Positions 48,085 through 57,158 of a stretch of DNA of 64,000 bases are shown here, piece by piece. The stretch is from Candidatus Levyibacteriota bacterium. GTDB lineage: Bacteria; Patescibacteriota; Microgenomatia; Levybacterales; UBA12049. The DNA is taken from NCBI GenBank assembly GCA_963716145.1, contig OY970292.1, forward strand, positions 268,104 to 332,103, given 5' to 3'. The notes under the pieces are model-generated. The model was not told where the DNA came from, did not search any database, and worked only from the letters and a program-made list of their open reading frames with translations. Every line of letters starts with the position of its first letter. The stretch's first letter is position 1. The translations under genes and the position numbers were made by a program.

Positions 48085-48133
48085 GGTTTTTGCGTAAAAA
48101 CAAAAATGCACCTCCGGAAACGGAGGTTTTTTT
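48058..48133 (+). promoter_or_regulatory. Phe attenuator (1:2 TACCTTCG/CGGGGGTA; 2:3 CGGGGGT/ACCTCCG; 3:4 terminator ACCTCCG-gaaa-CGGAGGT + T7)
   Basis: Mutually exclusive pairings verified by hand. U-run at 48127-48133 immediately before ATGGAAAAAATATG. Confidence 0.6.
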
Positions 48134-48144
48134 ATGGAAAAAAT

Positions 48145-49422
48145 ATGGTAAGAATAGATACATTGAGAGGAAAAGACAACCTAAGAGATCCGGAAGTACA
48201 ACCAGTGTCAACAATTGCGTACCTTAGTCCAAATGGGAATTTCACGCACGTTGCTGCTTTGGAACTACAGCGGAAACAAAGCGCATATGAAGGAGCGCTG
48301 CTCATGGGCATACCATCAATAGATGGTATGTTTGAAGCGGTTGTGTCGGGCGGAGCATCATATGCACTAGTTCCAGTTGAAAATTCAACAGATGGAGCTG
48401 TGCCTAAAACGCATAAAAATTTATATGAACGGGAGGGATTACAAATCGTTGGAGAATTCGTATTGCCAATATCGCAAACCCTTTATTATCAAAATATCGA
48501 TATGGTTAGAATTGTAGCATCCAAAGATTCGGCTCTTGGGCAGTGCAGGAAAAACATCAAACGCTTGAACGATGAAATAAATAAAAAAAGAGTAAAAGAA
48601 GGAAAAGAAAAAATTATTCTACGGCTAGAAACCATGGAAAGCACGGGCGCTGCAGTTGCTGAAGCCGCGATAAAACCCTGGATTGCAGCATTGGGAAGTT
48701 CCATTTCCGCTGAGGCACAAAAAATTACAAATCTTCATAAAGAAGATGATTTTAACGATAGGGAATCTAACGCAACTACATTTGCGCTGGTTCAGCTTGC
48801 GAGAGAGCTGCCTCCTCCGACTGGAAATGACAAAACCACATTTACAATGACAATTCCTGACACGCAAGGATCGCTTGTGCATGCTCTTGATGTCCTTGCG
48901 AGAAACAACGTTGATCTGAACAAAATCAAATCAATCGGTAAGGAGAGTGGGACTGTTACATTCTTAATGTCTGCCGACGGCCATTTACAAGATGGTATCA
49001 TGCAGGAAGCACTTATCGCATTGGAAACAGATCCTGAAAGAGACATTAAGGTAAAAAGACTAGGTTCATATGCCAAAGATGATTATACTCCGGAGGAGAG
49101 TGAAGAAACATATGATTTTGAGGCAGCCATTGAAAGAATTGATAAAGAAGCAGGGAATGGTGAAGCAATGGATGAAAATAAAATGATTGCAATCTTCACG
49201 CTAAAAGACCACCCCGGAGCACTAAGAGATGCTTTAAGACCATTTGCTAACGCAGGGGTGAATCTTACGAAAATTGACTCACAGCCAAGCGGCATACATA
49301 ATGAGCACATCTTTTATGTAGCTTTTGATAAAACTACTAAAAACCAAGAAGCTCTATTGGATGAATTAAAGAGACAATCTCATTTTCATAAGGTAATTCC
49401 CGGCGGGGGAAAGAAAAAATAA
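48145..49422 (+). CDS. pheA: prephenate dehydratase with tandem ACT-like regulatory region
   Basis: PDT domain (TIAYLSPNGNFTHVAALE, ESTGAA, NATTFALV) and ACT (PGALRDALRPFANAGVNLTKIDSQPS). Start set at 48145, because the ORF-track start 48106 would translate the terminator hairpin. Confidence 0.8.
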   Translation: MVRIDTLRGKDNLRDPEVQPVSTIAYLSPNGNFTHVAALELQRKQSAYEGALLMGIPSIDGMFEAVVSGGASYALVPVENSTDGAVPKTHKNLYEREGLQIVGEFVLPISQTLYYQNIDMVRIVASKDSALGQCRKNIKRLNDEINKKRVKEGKEKIILRLETMESTGAAVAEAAIKPWIAALGSSISAEAQKITNLHKEDDFNDRESNATTFALVQLARELPPPTGNDKTTFTMTIPDTQGSLVHALDVLARNNVDLNKIKSIGKESGTVTFLMSADGHLQDGIMQEALIALETDPERDIKVKRLGSYAKDDYTPEESEETYDFEAAIERIDKEAGNGEAMDENKMIAIFTLKDHPGALRDALRPFANAGVNLTKIDSQPSGIHNEHIFYVAFDKTTKNQEALLDELKRQSHFHKVIPGGGKKK

Positions 49423-49442
49423 ATATATGCTACAATTTAATT

Positions 49443-50471
49443 ATGGAACATGAATTACTGACAATTAAAAATAACGCGCTTTCTCTCATCTTTGACGCGA
49501 AAGAGAAAAAAGAGCTTGAGGAAATAAAACTGCAATTTCTCGGACGATCTGGAGAACTTACACGAGTTCTTAAAGGGCTTCCCAAATTATCAGAAGATGA
49601 AAAACCAACTATCGGCAAAGTGGCCAATGAGGTAAAAACGATTATTGAAAACGCTATCAAGCAGAAAGAATCGGAACTTGGCAAGAAAAAAGACACAAAC
49701 TTTATACTTGATGTCACGGAACCTGGTATTAAACCGCCTCTGGGACATCTGCATTTAGTTACACAGGCTATCCGTGAAATAACACGGATTTTTGAGAGCA
49801 TAGGATTTACCAGAGTCAGTTATCCTGAAATTGAATGGGATTGGTACGCGTTTGAAGCGCTAAATTTCCCAAAGCACCATCCGGCAAGAGATGATTGGGA
49901 GACATTTTTCATCGACCAAAAACCAGATAGCAAAAAAGGGCCTGTTGTTCTAACTCCTCACACTTCATCCGGTCAAATCCGGGAATATGAAAAAGGTGAG
50001 CTTCCTATTAAGTGCTTAAATATTGCCAAATGCTATCGGAGGCAATCTGATGTCTCACATACTCCGGTGTTTCATCAATTTGAAACAATGGTTGTCGGAG
50101 AAAATATATCAATAGCAGATCTTAAGGGGGTTCTTGATTATTTTGTAAAGTCATACTTTGGACCTGATAGAAAATCAAGAATACGACCATATCATTTTCA
50201 ATTTACTGAGCCCTCATTTGAAACAGATATTTCTTGTGGCGTATGTAATGGAAAAGGCTGCAAGCTTTGCAAGGAGGGCTGGCTTGAGTTGGGAGGAGCA
50301 GGTATGGTTCATCCGAATGTATTAAAAAACACGGGTCTTGATCCGAAAAAATATTCAGGGTTTGCATCGGGCTGGGGCGTGGAGCGCGTTCTCATGATGA
50401 AAGACGGAATTCAAATAGATGATTTAAGGACGCTCTACGCAAATGATCTGGATTTTCTGCAACAATTTTAA
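49443..50471 (+). CDS. pheS: phenylalanyl-tRNA synthetase alpha subunit
   Basis: 342 aa. Class II motifs. FETMVVGE, GLDPKKYSGFASGWGVERVLM. Confidence 0.95.
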   Translation: MEHELLTIKNNALSLIFDAKEKKELEEIKLQFLGRSGELTRVLKGLPKLSEDEKPTIGKVANEVKTIIENAIKQKESELGKKKDTNFILDVTEPGIKPPLGHLHLVTQAIREITRIFESIGFTRVSYPEIEWDWYAFEALNFPKHHPARDDWETFFIDQKPDSKKGPVVLTPHTSSGQIREYEKGELPIKCLNIAKCYRRQSDVSHTPVFHQFETMVVGENISIADLKGVLDYFVKSYFGPDRKSRIRPYHFQFTEPSFETDISCGVCNGKGCKLCKEGWLELGGAGMVHPNVLKNTGLDPKKYSGFASGWGVERVLMMKDGIQIDDLRTLYANDLDFLQQF

Positions 50472-50473
50472 TT

Positions 50474-52425
50474 ATGAATATACAAATTCTGGACAGTTGG
50501 TTAAGAGAAAATTTAAAGACAAAAGCGTCTCCTAAACAAATTGCGGAGAAACTTTCTTTATCAAGTGTTTCTGTTGAGAAACTTGAGAAAAAGGGCGAGG
50601 ACTACCTTTACGATATTGAAGTAACCACCAATCGACCGGATCTTATGTCTGTTGTGGGTTTGGCACGCGAAGCAGCAACTGTCCTATCTCACAATGGCAT
50701 AGCTGCAGAATTCCAAAAACTTACCTTCCCAACTGTAACCACAAAACTAATTAAAGAAGAATTCACTATCGAAAATGATCCAAAACTTGTAAATAGAGTT
50801 TGTGCTGTCGTGATAGAAGTAACAGCAAAACCATCTCCCAAAAAAATAAAAGAAAGGCTTGAAGCAAGTAACATACGAAGTCTTAATAATATTATTGACG
50901 TTACAAATTATGTCATGCGGGCAATCGGTAATCCTATGCACGCGTTTGATTATGACTTGCTTGCGACCAAAAAATTTGTTATCCGCGAGTCCAGACCAGG
51001 CGAGAAATATACAACTCTTGATAATAAAGAATATATACTTCCTGGAGGCGATATTGTTGCAGATTACGGCACAGGAAAGATTGCCGATCTTCTGGGCGTA
51101 ATGGGTCCTAAGCAAAGCGCAGTTAGCGATGCAACGAAAAGAATTTTATTCTTTGTTGACAACAATGAACCGCATCGTATCCGCAAAACCTCAATGTCAC
51201 TTGGTCTTCGGACAGAGGCAGCTATTCTTAATGAAAAAGGAATTGATCCTGAACTCTCTATGGATGCGCTTTTGTATGGAGTAAAACTTTATGAGGAATT
51301 TGCTGATGGAAAAGTGATTTCTGAAATCATTGACATATATCCAAATAAAGTAAAACGCAACGAGATAATAGTGAATGAGGATAAAATAAACTCCGTAATT
51401 GGTATCGCAGTTCCGCTTAAGACTTCATCATCGATTTTGAAGAGTCTTGGATTTGAAGTTGAAATTAAAGATAGATCCCTTTTAGTTAAACCGCCATCTT
51501 TCAGAACCCGTGACGTAGAAATCACGGAAGATGTAATTGAGGAAATTGCAAGAATCTATGGATATGAAAACATTCCCAACCGGATACCTGAACTTACCAA
51601 TCAAAAACCATTTAATTTTTCAAAAAATCAATTCTTTTTTGAAGATAGAACAAAAGACGCCCTTAAGTATTGGGGCTTTACTGAAAGCTATACCTACCCG
51701 ATGGTTTCAGAAGATCTATATGAGGGCCACCAGACTCTTCAGTAAAAATAAAAAATCCCTTGAATGAAGAATTTGTCTATATGAGGATGAGTCTCGTGCC
51801 AAGCCTGTTAAAGGTAGTAAAGGATAATAAAACTCACCCGATTATAAAAATCTTTGAAATTGCAAATGTTTATGAAAAAAACGGCGATGGTCTGCCAAAG
51901 CAAATTCAAAAAATTGCGGGAATCGTTAAAAAACCAGGAGCATCTTTTTATGAGGTAAAAGGAGTAATTGAGCAGCTTTTTTTGGATCTTGGAATAAAAA
52001 ATGCGATCTTTAAACAAACGATGGCCGGTACCGGGGCAACAATTTCTATAGGTAAAGAAGAATTGGGAGATATTGAAGTCTTAGCCCGGGACACAATTGA
52101 TTTTGAGCTGAATTTTGAACAAATCCTCAAACACGCAACTGTCAAAAAAGTATATAAAACAATCAGCAAGTTCCCGCAATTCGTTGAAGATCTGGCAATT
52201 ATCGCGCCGGAGAAAATTCAAACAGGAGAGATAATTGAAACAATCAAAGCTCAAAATGAGCTTGTCATCGACGTATCGCTTCTGGATAAATATGAGGAGA
52301 CAAGAACGTTTCATATTGCTTATCAGAGTGATAGTAGAAATCTTACGGGAAAAGAGGTGGGAGAAATTAGAGAAAAGATTCTAAAAGCTCTAAAAGAAAA
52401 ACATAACGCACTGCTTAAAGAATAA
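50474..52425 (+). CDS. pheT: phenylalanyl-tRNA synthetase beta subunit (short form without N-terminal tRNA-binding domain), split by a frameshift in this assembly
   Basis: B3/B4 (TNRPDLMSVVGLAREAA), B5, and core (NPLNEEFVYMRMSLVPSLL) domains. Making the G3 run at 51724-51726 a G4 run joins ...EDLYEGPPDSSVKIKNPLNEE... Confidence 0.85.
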
Positions 52426-52427
52426 GT

Positions 52428-53150
52428 ATGAAAACTACACAAATTTATCTAGACGATTCTTATCAAACAGAAATGGACGCAAAGATATTAGAAATCCAAC
52501 CGGAAGCTGACGGTAAATGGAGAATAATACTTGACCAAACGGTTTTTTACCCTATGGGTGGAGGGCAGCCTACAGATCAAGGGAAATTATCTTCTGATTC
52601 ATGGAGTGGGGATGTGTATCAAGTGATGATGAAGGATGGGGAGATCTGGCACTACGTAAATGCACAAAATTCTCCGACAGCCGGAGACACCGTACATGGA
52701 ACAATTGACTGGGATAGAAGATACAAAAACATGAGAGTGCATACAGGGGGACATATAGTGGATTTTGCGATGTATCTTCTCGGATATTCACCAAAGCAGC
52801 TTTCACCTCTAAAAGCAGATCACGGAAAAAAAGCTTATATCGTTTATCAAGGGACTGTGCGGGATGAAATAAAACAAAAGCTCGAAGAAAAAGCAAATGA
52901 GTTGGTAGAAAAAGATTTAAAGTTTTCTTGGGATTTCCAACCTTTGGAAGCTTTGCAAAAAGAAGCGATTTATCTTCAACCAAATCTGCCGACAAATAAA
53001 CCTCTCCGAACATTCCGGCTTGAAGGAGTAGGCGCGGTGGCAGATGGGGGAACTCAACTTCACTCGACAAAAGAAGCAGGAAAAATCCTGATTGACGAAA
53101 TAACATCTGACGAAGAGAATACAATAGTGAAATATTCACTCGGTAATTGA
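52428..53150 (+). CDS. AlaX-type alanyl-tRNA editing protein (Ala-tRNA synthetase second additional domain)
   Basis: 240 aa. FYPMGGGQPTDQG, HTGGHIV (HxxxH) and DGGTQLH (CGGTH-like) zinc motifs. Confidence 0.75.
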   Translation: MKTTQIYLDDSYQTEMDAKILEIQPEADGKWRIILDQTVFYPMGGGQPTDQGKLSSDSWSGDVYQVMMKDGEIWHYVNAQNSPTAGDTVHGTIDWDRRYKNMRVHTGGHIVDFAMYLLGYSPKQLSPLKADHGKKAYIVYQGTVRDEIKQKLEEKANELVEKDLKFSWDFQPLEALQKEAIYLQPNLPTNKPLRTFRLEGVGAVADGGTQLHSTKEAGKILIDEITSDEENTIVKYSLGN

Positions 53151-53154
53151 AAAT

Positions 53155-53424
53155 ATGTCAGAAATTGCAGAGTTAAGAAACGAAATTAAAAAATTAAAAG
53201 AGCGAAATAAAAAAGTGGAAACAAATAAAGCTTGGGAATTAAGTTGGACACGAAGATTAATATTAGCTATTCTTACTTATGTAATAGCAGCCATTACTTT
53301 GCAGACATTAAGCAACTCGTCTCCCTGGACGAACGCCGTAATTCCGGCAATCGGCTTTTTCCTATCAACTCTTACTCTTACCCTTGTCAAAAACTTCTGG
53401 AAAACATATATATACGGCAGATAA
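53155..53424 (+). CDS. small membrane protein
   Basis: 89 aa. Coiled N-terminus plus two TM helices. Confidence 0.4.
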   Translation: MSEIAELRNEIKKLKERNKKVETNKAWELSWTRRLILAILTYVIAAITLQTLSNSSPWTNAVIPAIGFFLSTLTLTLVKNFWKTYIYGR

Positions 53425-55792
53425 TTAAGGAGTTGGCGACAGCGTTGGTGTGATTGCGGCTCCGCTGACTGCTGGAACAGGTGTTGGAGTAGGTTCGTCT
53501 TTTTTGTCCTCATGCTTTGGATTTTTTACATCATCCGGCGCATGATACATCTTGTCATCTTTATGGTTTTGCTCAATCCATGCATCAATTCCTTCCTGCC
53601 ATCTATTTTTGCCGTCAGTCGAAACAGGATCATCTTCGTGAAATATCAGATAGTTTTGCCCATCTTTGCTTTTATAGATAGGCGATTCGCTTGTGGGCTC
53701 TGTCCCTTTGACAAAATATTCTGACCTTGTTGGCTGCCCTCCGTGAGGCAAACCTCCGGCCAAAGTATCAATCTGAAGCGCTACCACGCTATCAGGCTTT
53801 TGCGGCTGCTCATCCGCTTTATCCTTAAGTACAAAAGTCATTATCTTATTCCAGATAGGCGAAGCTCCCGTTACACCACTGGCAATAACAGGATTCATTG
53901 GCGCATTGTTATTGTTGCCGACCCATACCCCAACCACATATGATGGAGTATATCCTACCGTCCAGTTATCTCTTTTGTCATCAGTCGTACCTGTTTTGAC
54001 AGATACGGTTTTACCGGGGATATTGAGAGCGGAGCTTGGTCCAAACGCCGCGGATCTTGCATTATTATCCAAAAGCATATGAGAAATTACGAATGCTACT
54101 CCCTCCGACAGTACTTTTTTTCCTTCCGTTTTTTTCTTCTCGTATAACACCTTTCCTTTTGGATCTGTCACTTTAAGTATTGTGACCGATTCTTGCTTCA
54201 CCCCTTTATTTGCAAAAACACTGTAAGCCGTAACTTCATCAAGCAAAGATGCTTCACGTCCTCCCAAAACCAGAGACAATCCAACGCTCGCGCGGTTTTT
54301 TGCTGTGGCTCCCAATTTTGAATCCCCATTTCATAAGCTTTTCGCATCACAGGCTCTATGCCCACCATTGCGAGCATTTTCACAGCGGGGATGTTAAATG
54401 AGTTACCTAAAGCAAACCTGGCCTGCACCGGCCCCTAAATTTTCCATCGTAGTTTGGTGGTGTATAAATAGGGGGTACACCGCTCACTGGAAAATCAGTT
54501 TTGGTATCCATTATCAAGGTAGCAGCTGTATATCCCTTTTCCAAGGCCACAGCGTATATAACAGGCTTCATTGATGATCCTGGTTGTCTGGTATTTTTGA
54601 TTGCGACATTTGGGTCAGGATCAAATACGCAGTCTGCTCCGGAGGTACAACCCTCAGGCGCCGACTTGCCAAAATAATCCTTACTTCCAACCATTGCCAG
54701 AATTTCACCACTTTTAGGATCAGCAACTACTGCTGCTCCATTACCCACCTTGTATGTTTTCAATTTATCTACCTCATCCTGCACGATTTGTTCGGCTTTT
54801 TCTTGAATTTTGTAATCAAGAGAAGTTGTGACCTGAAGACCTCCTGTAGCAACAGCCTGTTCACCAAACTGTTTTGCCAAAATTTCCCTTACATACATTA
54901 CAAAATGGGGAGCTTTGATTGCTTCATCGCGTTCCGAAAATTTATAATTTTTTATCTCATTGAATGCATCGTTTGATTCACTTTGCGAGATATAATTATT
55001 TGCAACCATTTGGCGAAGAACTGCCTGTGTGCGCTCAATATAATATTTTTGACCACTAAAAGGCGCGTAACGCGACGGGCTTTGGGGAAGACCGGCCAGA
55101 AAAGCAGATTCGGCAAGATCCATATCTTTTGATTTTTTTCCAAAATATTGCTGAGAGGCAGCTTCAACTCCTATTGCGGTTCCGCCATAAGGAATGTTAT
55201 TCAAATACATTTCCAATATTTCGTCTTTTTTATACTTTTGATTAACTTGGATGGCCAAAATCAGTTCTTTAATTTTTCTTGGCAAACTCCGCTCGTTGGA
55301 AAGAAGCACGTTCTTTACTAATTGCTGAGTAATTGTCGATCCTCCGGTCAATCCATGACCAAGGAGTGCATCTCTCGCAACTCTAACATAGGCGAGAGGG
55401 GAAAAACCATTATTTTTGTAAAAATCCTTATCCTCAATTGAAATAGTCGCTTCCTGAAGCTTTTTGGGGATTTGATCCAACTTTACATAAGTTCTGTTCT
55501 CATCCTGATAAACTGAGTAAAGAAGATCTCCTTTTCTATCGTAAATCCGTGTTGCGTCTTTGTATTTTGAAGTCACCAGTTTTCCAGGTGTAGGCAGATC
55601 ACGAGAGAACCATAAGAACATTAAGGGGATAGCTACAATTACCCCAATTAATGCATACAATGCGTATTTGAATATCTTGTCATTGGTCAATATTCCGGAA
55701 AGGTCGAATTTAGTCTTTTGCCTATTTAGTCTGCTGCGCCGCCGCCTGGGTCTGTAATCCATAGAACTATCTATATTATAGCAAAAATTCAA
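53425..55792 (-). CDS. class A penicillin-binding protein (GT51 transglycosylase + transpeptidase), split into three ORFs by two frameshifts in this assembly
   Basis: 54407..55792 has GT51 EDKDFYKNNGFSP and the SxxK active-site motif SSMKP. 54198..54428 has ALGNSFNIPAVKML. 53425..54315 has KTGTT and a PT-rich tail. Junctions at about 54407-54428 and about 54198-54315. Confidence 0.85.
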
Positions 55793-55816
55793 AATAAATA
55801 TGTTATACTTTTAGAA

Positions 55817-57022
55817 ATGGAGAAGATTGAAGAATTATTGACAAGAGGAGTTGACAAAATTTACCCAACCAAAGAAGTATTAGAAAAAGTTCTAAGATCC
55901 GGAAAGAAACTTAGGCTTTATCAGGGTTTTGACCCCACAGGAACACAGCTCCACATCGGCCACATGGTGGGCTTTCGCAAACTTAGACAATGGCAAGATT
56001 TAGGACATCACGTTATTTTCTTGATAGGGGACGGCACTGGACAAGCAGGAGATCCGTCTGGCAAGACGAAAGCGAGGGACAAGTTTATGACACAGGAAGA
56101 GCTTCGTAAAAATGCAAATGATTACGTCCTGCAAGCCAAAAACATAGTTAATTTTGAGGGAGAAAATCCTGTTGAAATTCTTTACAATGGAGATTGGCTT
56201 AACAAACTGAGGTTAGTGGACATCTTGGATATTGCCGGTAATTTTTCGCTCCAACAGTTAGCAGAACGGGATCTTTTTCAAGAAAGGATGAAAAAAGGCG
56301 AAACTGTGAATCTTCGCGAATTTCTTTACCCGATTCTACAAGGATATGATTCAGTCGCTATGAAAGTAGATCTTGAAATTGGCGGATCCGACCAAACCTT
56401 CAACATGCTTGCCGGCAGATCTCTTGTCAAAACAATGCAAAACAGAGATAAATTTGTTATGACGACTCCGCTCCTTACGGATTCTGAGGGTCGGAAAATT
56501 GGAAAAACCGAAGGAAACATCATAGGCTTAACAGATCACCCAAATGAACTGTTTGCAAAAATAATGGGCCTATCCGACGATGTAATCGTAAAAGCATTTG
56601 AATATTTGACTGGCATTCCAATGGATTCAATAAGCGAAATTGAAAATAGAATTAAAAAGGGAGATAATCCAATTAAATATAAAAAACAGCTTGCGTATGA
56701 AATCACAAAACAGTTAAACTCCGGAGAAGAAGCTGAAAAGGCTCAAAGACATTTTGAAAAGACCGTTCAGGATAGAGAAATCCCAACCGACATCCCAGTG
56801 GTTGCTGTTAAAACGGGCAGAAATATACTAGATGTTCTTGTTGAAATAGGTCTTGTCCTTAGTAAATCTGATGCGAAAAGATTGATAGAGCAAGGTGGGG
56901 TGGAAATTGACAATGAAAGAATTATGGATGGCAATTTGCCTTTTGAAACTTTAGCAAAAAATGAAGAGACTGTTATTCAAGTTGGCAAAAGAAAATTTGT
57001 TAAGGTAAAAATAGAAAAATAA
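55817..57022 (+). CDS. tyrS: tyrosyl-tRNA synthetase
   Basis: 401 aa. HIGH motif (TQLHIGHMVG), KIGKT (KMSKS-like), C-terminal S4 domain. Confidence 0.9.
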   Translation: MEKIEELLTRGVDKIYPTKEVLEKVLRSGKKLRLYQGFDPTGTQLHIGHMVGFRKLRQWQDLGHHVIFLIGDGTGQAGDPSGKTKARDKFMTQEELRKNANDYVLQAKNIVNFEGENPVEILYNGDWLNKLRLVDILDIAGNFSLQQLAERDLFQERMKKGETVNLREFLYPILQGYDSVAMKVDLEIGGSDQTFNMLAGRSLVKTMQNRDKFVMTTPLLTDSEGRKIGKTEGNIIGLTDHPNELFAKIMGLSDDVIVKAFEYLTGIPMDSISEIENRIKKGDNPIKYKKQLAYEITKQLNSGEEAEKAQRHFEKTVQDREIPTDIPVVAVKTGRNILDVLVEIGLVLSKSDAKRLIEQGGVEIDNERIMDGNLPFETLAKNEETVIQVGKRKFVKVKIEK

Positions 57023-57158
57023 TTTGTTATAATATACCTTATGGAAACTTTTGGAAAACACAAAACTATTTGGAAAGTAATTATGATAGTAGCAAGCCTT
57101 GCCCTAATCGCGGCAACATTCCTCCCGTACATTACACTATTAAATCAATAATAACTTT

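Noticed and set aside
48106-48144. ORF-track start of pheA at 48106
   Set aside because: These 13 codons (MHLRKRRFFYGKN) are the translation of the terminator hairpin ACCTCCG-gaaa-CGGAGGT + U7. The biologically sensible start is ATG 48145 (MVRIDTL...).
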